Below are positions 59,137 through 64,000 of a stretch of 64,000 nt of DNA, one piece after another. The position numbers and the translations under genes were made by a program. The notes beneath the pieces were generated by a model, which searched no databases, was not told the origin of the DNA, and worked only from the letters and a program-made list of their open reading frames with translations. This DNA is from Polyangiaceae bacterium. Its GTDB lineage: Bacteria; Myxococcota_A; Polyangia; Polyangiales; Polyangiaceae. Where the stretch lies: assembly GCA_965222375.1 (NCBI GenBank), contig CBDCTZ010000015.1, positions 864,001 through 928,000 of the forward strand. The letters run 5' to 3'. Every line of letters begins with the position of its first letter. Position 1 is the stretch's first letter.

Positions 59137-59335
59137 CCCGCGACGCCGCATCAGTGAGGGATTTGGTTTTGGGGTTTGGGGGCTGGGCGCCTTTGTGGCT
59201 CCCTGCATCCGTCAATCTCGCCAGCCTGCAATTTTTCGAGAGTAGTGCACCTGGTCGAATAGAGATGCGACCCCAACCAAACAACCAATACCGAGTCGCA
59301 GGTCGGCATGACAGCTGCAGTGCATTGCAGTCACG

Positions 59336-60493
59336 ATGTCACGAAGAGGTTATGTCCTTGCGTTAGCTTCGAATCTGCGAGCAGCGCGGCATGGTGGGGC
59401 AGGCCGTTGGTGGGGGAGGGCACGCCGGTTAGTGGGTGGGTCAGCAGCGCTCACGCTCATCGGCTGCACGCTTCTGGCTCCCGAGGATTCGGAGCTCCTC
59501 GGGGGATCCGCGGGCGCCGGGGGCGCTGCCCGTAGTAGCGGAGGGATCGGCTCGGTGGATGGGGGTGACGCATCGAACTCGGCCCCGAGGGGTGCAGCAG
59601 GCGCTGCGGGCGGAGAGAACTGCCACAACGGCCACGACGACGATGGCGACGACTTGATCGATTGCGAAGACGACGACTGCGAGCAGGCCGGGTACCAATG
59701 CGTCACAGCACCGCCGCAGGACTGGCAAGGACCCTTTGCGCTCTACTCGGGCGAGGGGCCGCCGCCTGAATGCCCCAAGGCATTTCCAAACCTCGCCGCC
59801 AGCGGGGGCCTCGAGTTGAGCTACGCCGACGCGACCTGTCCTTCCTGTAGTTGCGCCAAGCCAACCAATTTGAAGTGCCAGTCGCGCGTCGGTTTCGGCT
59901 ACGCTCCCTTTTGTACCTTTGGTGCGACGATCCAGCCTGAAGGCTGTTCGGACATATCCCATTCGTCCTACGCGGATTTCGTGAAGAGGGACGTGATCCT
60001 CACGGGAAACTGCGAGCCCGAGTCGACCGGAGCCAAAAGCACGACTCCCTTCACCTGGGAAACCCAGCGCGCCATTTGCGGCGCCGAGAAGCTGGGAGGC
60101 GGATGCAAGCAGGGCGCGGTGTGCGCGGGCAGCGCGCCACTGCCCTTCGGAACGAGGCTGTGCATTGCCAGAGAAGGTCCGCATTCATGTCCGACTCCGT
60201 TCACCCAACATTTCGACCTTTTCGCGGACTCGACCGATACGCGCGACTGTAGTCCGTGCCAATGCGCAGCAGTGAAAGGCGCCTATTGCAAGTCCACAGT
60301 GAAACGCTACGGTGATGTGGGCTGCGGTGGAACCGGGTCCGAGATGTCGAGTTGCAGCAAGCTCTTCGGGACGATCCGATCCGTGGACGTGACCACGACT
60401 CTTTCGGGAACACCGAGCTGCAAAGCCTCGGGTGGTGACCCGACTGGAAGCGTGGCCAGAGTCGATCAGCACACGGTCTGTTGCTTGCCATAG
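59336..60493 (+). CDS. Cys-rich lipoprotein, 'GWxGP...TxCC' family member 5
   Basis: Lipobox LIGC; ENCHNGHDDDGDDLIDCEDDDC; PQDWQGP; ends TVCCLP. Confidence 0.75.
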   Translation: MSRRGYVLALASNLRAARHGGAGRWWGRARRLVGGSAALTLIGCTLLAPEDSELLGGSAGAGGAARSSGGIGSVDGGDASNSAPRGAAGAAGGENCHNGHDDDGDDLIDCEDDDCEQAGYQCVTAPPQDWQGPFALYSGEGPPPECPKAFPNLAASGGLELSYADATCPSCSCAKPTNLKCQSRVGFGYAPFCTFGATIQPEGCSDISHSSYADFVKRDVILTGNCEPESTGAKSTTPFTWETQRAICGAEKLGGGCKQGAVCAGSAPLPFGTRLCIAREGPHSCPTPFTQHFDLFADSTDTRDCSPCQCAAVKGAYCKSTVKRYGDVGCGGTGSEMSSCSKLFGTIRSVDVTTTLSGTPSCKASGGDPTGSVARVDQHTVCCLP

Positions 60494-60566
60494 GGTCGAC
60501 AAAGACCGGGCCGCGCAGCCATCGCTTGGTGGGTGCCGCGCCGTTGCGTTACTCTGCAGGCTCGGG

Positions 60567-62000
60567 ATGATGGGTTACATTGCGCGGAGTTGCCGCTTGC
60601 TGGCGCTAGCTGCCCTGGCGTGGCTTTCCGTCGCGAGCTGCTCGGTGACGCAGAGCCTCGACGACCTGAAGGGCAATCCGGAAGGTGGGGCGAGTGACGC
60701 AGGGGCAGATGGCGACGATTCCGGCTGCACGCCGAAGACCTGCGCCGACATCGGCGCGCAGTGTGGTATCGCGCTCGATCAGTGCGGTGGCGCGATCGAT
60801 TGCGGGCAGTGTGCGGACGGCGAGTTTTGTGGCGGTAACGGCGCCAACCGATGCGGCAGCTTCCCGTGCCCGGCAAAGACCTGCGCCGATCTTGCGGCCG
60901 AGTGCGGAAAGGTCTCCGATGGCTGCGGTCAAGTGCTGGGCTGCGGCAACTGCACCGCGCCGGAAACCTGTGGCGGCAGCGGACCAACCAATGTGTGTGG
61001 TTGCACGCCAAAGACCTGCAATGAACTGAACGCCACTTGCGGCACCGTTTCGGATGGCTGCGGCACGCAGCTCGTTTGCGGCAGCTGCACCGCACCGGAG
61101 ACCTGTGGCGGCGGGGGAATTTCCAACCAGTGTGGCTGTACCCCCAATACATGCAGCGGTCTCGGGGCCGAATGCGGCTCCGTAGCCGACGGCTGCGGCA
61201 ACTTGCTCAGCTGCGGGGGCTGCACGTCGCCGGAGATTTGCGGCGGCACCGCCGCCAACAAATGCGGCAACCAACCCTGCACACCCACGACCTGCGCAGC
61301 CGAAGGCAAGAACTGCGGCAGCGTCTCAGATAAATGTGGCGGCCAGCTGAGCTGCGGGAGCTGCTCCAGCGCGAACACTTGCGGCGGCGGTGGCACGCCG
61401 AATGTCTGCGGCTGCATCAAGAGCACCTGCGCCGCTGAGGGCAAGAACTGCGGCACCATCTCAGACAAGTGCGGCGGCCAGCTGAACTGCGGAAGCTGTT
61501 CGGGGACGAATACTTGCGGAGGTGGCGGCACGGCGAACATCTGCGGTTGCGCCAAAACGACCTGCGCCGCTGAAGGCAAGAACTGCGGCACCATCCCAGA
61601 TGGCTGTGGTGGACAGCTCAATTGCGGCAGCTGCAGTGCGCCGAATAGCTGCGGTGGCGGTGGCACGCCGAATGTCTGCGGCTGCACACCGACCACCTGC
61701 GCCGCCGCGGGTGCCACCTGCTTGAGCATCCCGGATGGTTGCGGCGGCAGTTTGAACTGTGGGAGTTGCCCAACCGGAGAGCTCTGCGTGGGTAACACCC
61801 AATGCGTCACCTGCAATGGCTCCGCGGGCGAGTGGCAAGGCTGTCGCGGCACCGGCTGCCAAGTCTGCGCCAGCAAAGTGGCGGGATATCCCTACTACTT
61901 CGACCACCACCCGAACTGCGTCTCGAACAACTGCGGTGGCCTATTCTACACCTGCAACTCCGCCTGTCCCGCTCCCACCGCAGCAGACATGGTCCCCTAG
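60567..62000 (+). CDS. Cys-rich tandem-repeat lipoprotein
   Basis: Lipobox VASC; ~9 repeats of CxPxTC-x5-CG-x3-DxCG-x3-CGxC-x4-CGG. Confidence 0.85.
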   Translation: MMGYIARSCRLLALAALAWLSVASCSVTQSLDDLKGNPEGGASDAGADGDDSGCTPKTCADIGAQCGIALDQCGGAIDCGQCADGEFCGGNGANRCGSFPCPAKTCADLAAECGKVSDGCGQVLGCGNCTAPETCGGSGPTNVCGCTPKTCNELNATCGTVSDGCGTQLVCGSCTAPETCGGGGISNQCGCTPNTCSGLGAECGSVADGCGNLLSCGGCTSPEICGGTAANKCGNQPCTPTTCAAEGKNCGSVSDKCGGQLSCGSCSSANTCGGGGTPNVCGCIKSTCAAEGKNCGTISDKCGGQLNCGSCSGTNTCGGGGTANICGCAKTTCAAEGKNCGTIPDGCGGQLNCGSCSAPNSCGGGGTPNVCGCTPTTCAAAGATCLSIPDGCGGSLNCGSCPTGELCVGNTQCVTCNGSAGEWQGCRGTGCQVCASKVAGYPYYFDHHPNCVSNNCGGLFYTCNSACPAPTAADMVP

Positions 62001-62095
62001 GCGCGCTGCGTTCCACCCGAAGCCGTTGCGGACTTGCGAATTAGCCGAAGGCGCGTCACCCCCTTGTAACAGAGCCGCGCTATTCTTCCAGGGCG

Positions 62096-63553
62096 ATGAA
62101 GTACCTGACCGAAGTCAAAGTGGGCAGTCGCCCCATCGATCGTTTCATCGAAGTGATCGGCGAAGACCAAGTCGGTGAAGCGATGCGCGTGGCCCAGGCG
62201 CTCAAGCAGCGCATGGGTGAGCACGTGATCTGGAACGTCAATTCCACCGCAGTCGGTGGCGGAGTGGCAGAAATGCTGCAGCCGCTCTTGGGCTACGCCC
62301 GGGGGATCGGGGTGGATACTCGCTGGCTCGTGATCCAGGGCAACACCGACTTTTTCCGAGTGACCAAGCGCTTGCACCACGCTCTGCATGGCGCGCCGGG
62401 GGATGGCTCCGAGCTGGGGGACGAAGATCGCGCAATCTACGGACAGGCGCTCTCGGATAACACCAAGGAGCTTCGCGAGTTGGTACGGCCCGGGGACGTG
62501 GTGATCTTGCACGATCCGCAAACCGCCGGAATGGCGCCGCCCTTGGTCAAAGCCGGCGTGACCGTGATTTGGCGCTGCCACATCGGTCACGACAGCTCGA
62601 ACAAAGAGGTCGAGAGCGGGTGGCGCTTTCTGCAGCCCTACCTCGAATCCGTCGCGGCGTTCGTGTTCTCTCGCAAGGCCTACGCGCCAGAATTTTGCGA
62701 CCACGGTCGCTCGACGATCATCACGCCGAGCATCGATGCCTTCTCCGCCAAGAACGTCGACATGGATGACGACACCGTGCACACCATCCTGGTGCATACG
62801 GGTCTGGTCGAGGGTCCTGCACCCGCCGAGCCGCGTCATGGCTTCACTCGCGGAGACGGAACCCCAGGCCGCGTCGAGCGACGCGCCGACATAATACGAC
62901 TGGGTCGCGCGCCCAGCTGGGATGCACCCCTTGTCGTGCAGGTTTCCCGTTGGGATCCCTTGAAGGACATGTTGGGCGTGATGCGGGGCTTTACCCAGCT
63001 CGTCAATGGCCAGGCGCCGACTGGCGCGCAGCTGGTGCTCGCCGGGCCAAACGTCAACGCCGTGGCCGACGATCCAGAAGGCCCCGCGGTCTTCGACGCC
63101 GTGCTGCAGGAGTGGCGACAACTGCCTCACGGAGTGCGGCAGCACGTGCATCTCGTGAACCTACCCACGAACGACGTCGAAGAAAACGCCGCCATCGTCA
63201 ACGCTCTGCAGCGCCACGCCACGGTGGTGGTGCAAAAGAGCCTGCACGAGGGCTTTGGGCTGACCGTGACCGAGGCCATGTGGAAGTCGAAGCCGGTAAT
63301 CGCCAGCGCCGTCGGCGGGATCCAAGATCAGATCGACCACGGAAAGTCCGGTCTGTTGCTGCAGGATCCGACAGATCTGAAGTCCTTCGGAGAGCTTCTA
63401 AGCCAGCTGCTCAGCGACGAAGCGGAGGCAAAGCGCATCGGCGAAGCGGCCCGCGAGCGCGTGCGCGAGAAGTTCTTGGGCGTGAGCCACCTGCTCAAGT
63501 ACGGCGCGCTTTTGGATAAGCTCGACGGGCATCGCGGCCCAGCGAGGGAGTAG
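62096..63553 (+). CDS. treT: Trehalose synthase (glycosyl-transferring, GT4)
   Basis: VNSTAVGGGVAEML, HDPQ, WRCH, QVSRWDPLKD, QKSLHEGFGLTVTEAMWK. Confidence 0.85.
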   Translation: MKYLTEVKVGSRPIDRFIEVIGEDQVGEAMRVAQALKQRMGEHVIWNVNSTAVGGGVAEMLQPLLGYARGIGVDTRWLVIQGNTDFFRVTKRLHHALHGAPGDGSELGDEDRAIYGQALSDNTKELRELVRPGDVVILHDPQTAGMAPPLVKAGVTVIWRCHIGHDSSNKEVESGWRFLQPYLESVAAFVFSRKAYAPEFCDHGRSTIITPSIDAFSAKNVDMDDDTVHTILVHTGLVEGPAPAEPRHGFTRGDGTPGRVERRADIIRLGRAPSWDAPLVVQVSRWDPLKDMLGVMRGFTQLVNGQAPTGAQLVLAGPNVNAVADDPEGPAVFDAVLQEWRQLPHGVRQHVHLVNLPTNDVEENAAIVNALQRHATVVVQKSLHEGFGLTVTEAMWKSKPVIASAVGGIQDQIDHGKSGLLLQDPTDLKSFGELLSQLLSDEAEAKRIGEAARERVREKFLGVSHLLKYGALLDKLDGHRGPARE

Positions 63554-63594
63554 TGGCCCAGGGACGCTACGCGAACCGACCCCAAGAAACCAGA

Positions 63595-64000
63595 CTACTT
63601 GGACGTCGCCGTCGGCATCGAGACGAGGCGTATCGCAGGTGGTCCTTCTCCCTGGCGCTTCTTGCTCATGCGCAGGACAATCTTGTGGCCTTCGTCCCAG
63701 AGCCATTGAGCCTCGGTCTTGGCCTTTCCAGCGGTGAGGCAGTCGACGAAGGTGTCCGTCTTGCACTCTTCGGGGACCTGATCGTCGGACTTGGTGGGCG
63801 CACCGTAGCGGTCCGTGAAGACCTTCTTGATCTTGTCGTGCGCTTCCGCCCAAGTCTTGTAGTCGCTGGCCTCGGGAGTAATCGCGAAACCGATTGCGCA
63901 CACCTTGTCCGCGCAGAAACTGAGCGCGGGGCTGCCTTCGAACCCCGGGTCTTCCAAGGATTTCGTGCATAGCCAAGCCTTGCCGTAGCGCTTCCAGGTG
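63595..64000 (-). CDS. Hypothetical protein, C-terminal part (5' end outside window)
   Basis: Open frame with GC3-biased codons running to the window edge. Confidence 0.55.
   Translation of the reverse strand, partial: TWKRYGKAWLCTKSLEDPGFEGSPALSFCADKVCAIGFAITPEASDYKTWAEAHDKIKKVFTDRYGAPTKSDDQVPEECKTDTFVDCLTAGKAKTEAQWLWDEGHKIVLRMSKKRQGEGPPAIRLVSMPTATSK

Noticed and set aside
60929..63151. Minus-strand ORFs with PQ repeats (60929-61876) and 384 aa (61997-63151)
   Set aside because: Reverse-complement artefacts of the Cys-repeat gene and treT
1..64000. tRNA, rRNA, transposase, integrase or prophage genes
   Set aside because: No recognisable motifs by eye; tRNAscan/ISEScan would be needed to exclude them fully

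Overview
GC-rich bacterial window whose gene content points to a myxobacterium, probably Polyangiaceae/Sorangiineae-like. The supporting features are Hanks-type Ser/Thr kinases, a TPR-PEGA protein, MYXO-CTERM-like tails and many Gly-linker/Cys-rich lipoproteins; the taxonomy is inference. Housekeeping genes (thiolase, BamA/TamA-family protein, fpg/mutM, rpiA, TreT-type trehalose synthase, GGDEF cyclase, two TetR regulators, an ECF sigma factor) are interspersed with about 17 predicted lipoproteins. Five items stand out. (1) A Fur-box-preceded iron-uptake operon (DUF4856-like lipoprotein, imelysin, and a single ORF fusing a His-box membrane desaturase/hydroxylase to a TonB-dependent receptor through an internal signal-peptide-like segment). 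(2) Two paralogous Cys-rich lipoproteins ending in a Hint autoprocessing domain that has an N-terminal Cys but no His-Asn end, i.e. a Hedgehog-like architecture. (3) A five-member paralogous Cys-rich lipoprotein family. (4) An ABC ATPase + TOPRIM-like (DUF4276-type) candidate defence pair. (5) A 38-bp hairpin-containing tandem array plus several deletion/truncation scars. No rRNA, tRNA, CRISPR array or transposase was recognised. All domain calls come from motif recognition by eye, not database searches.
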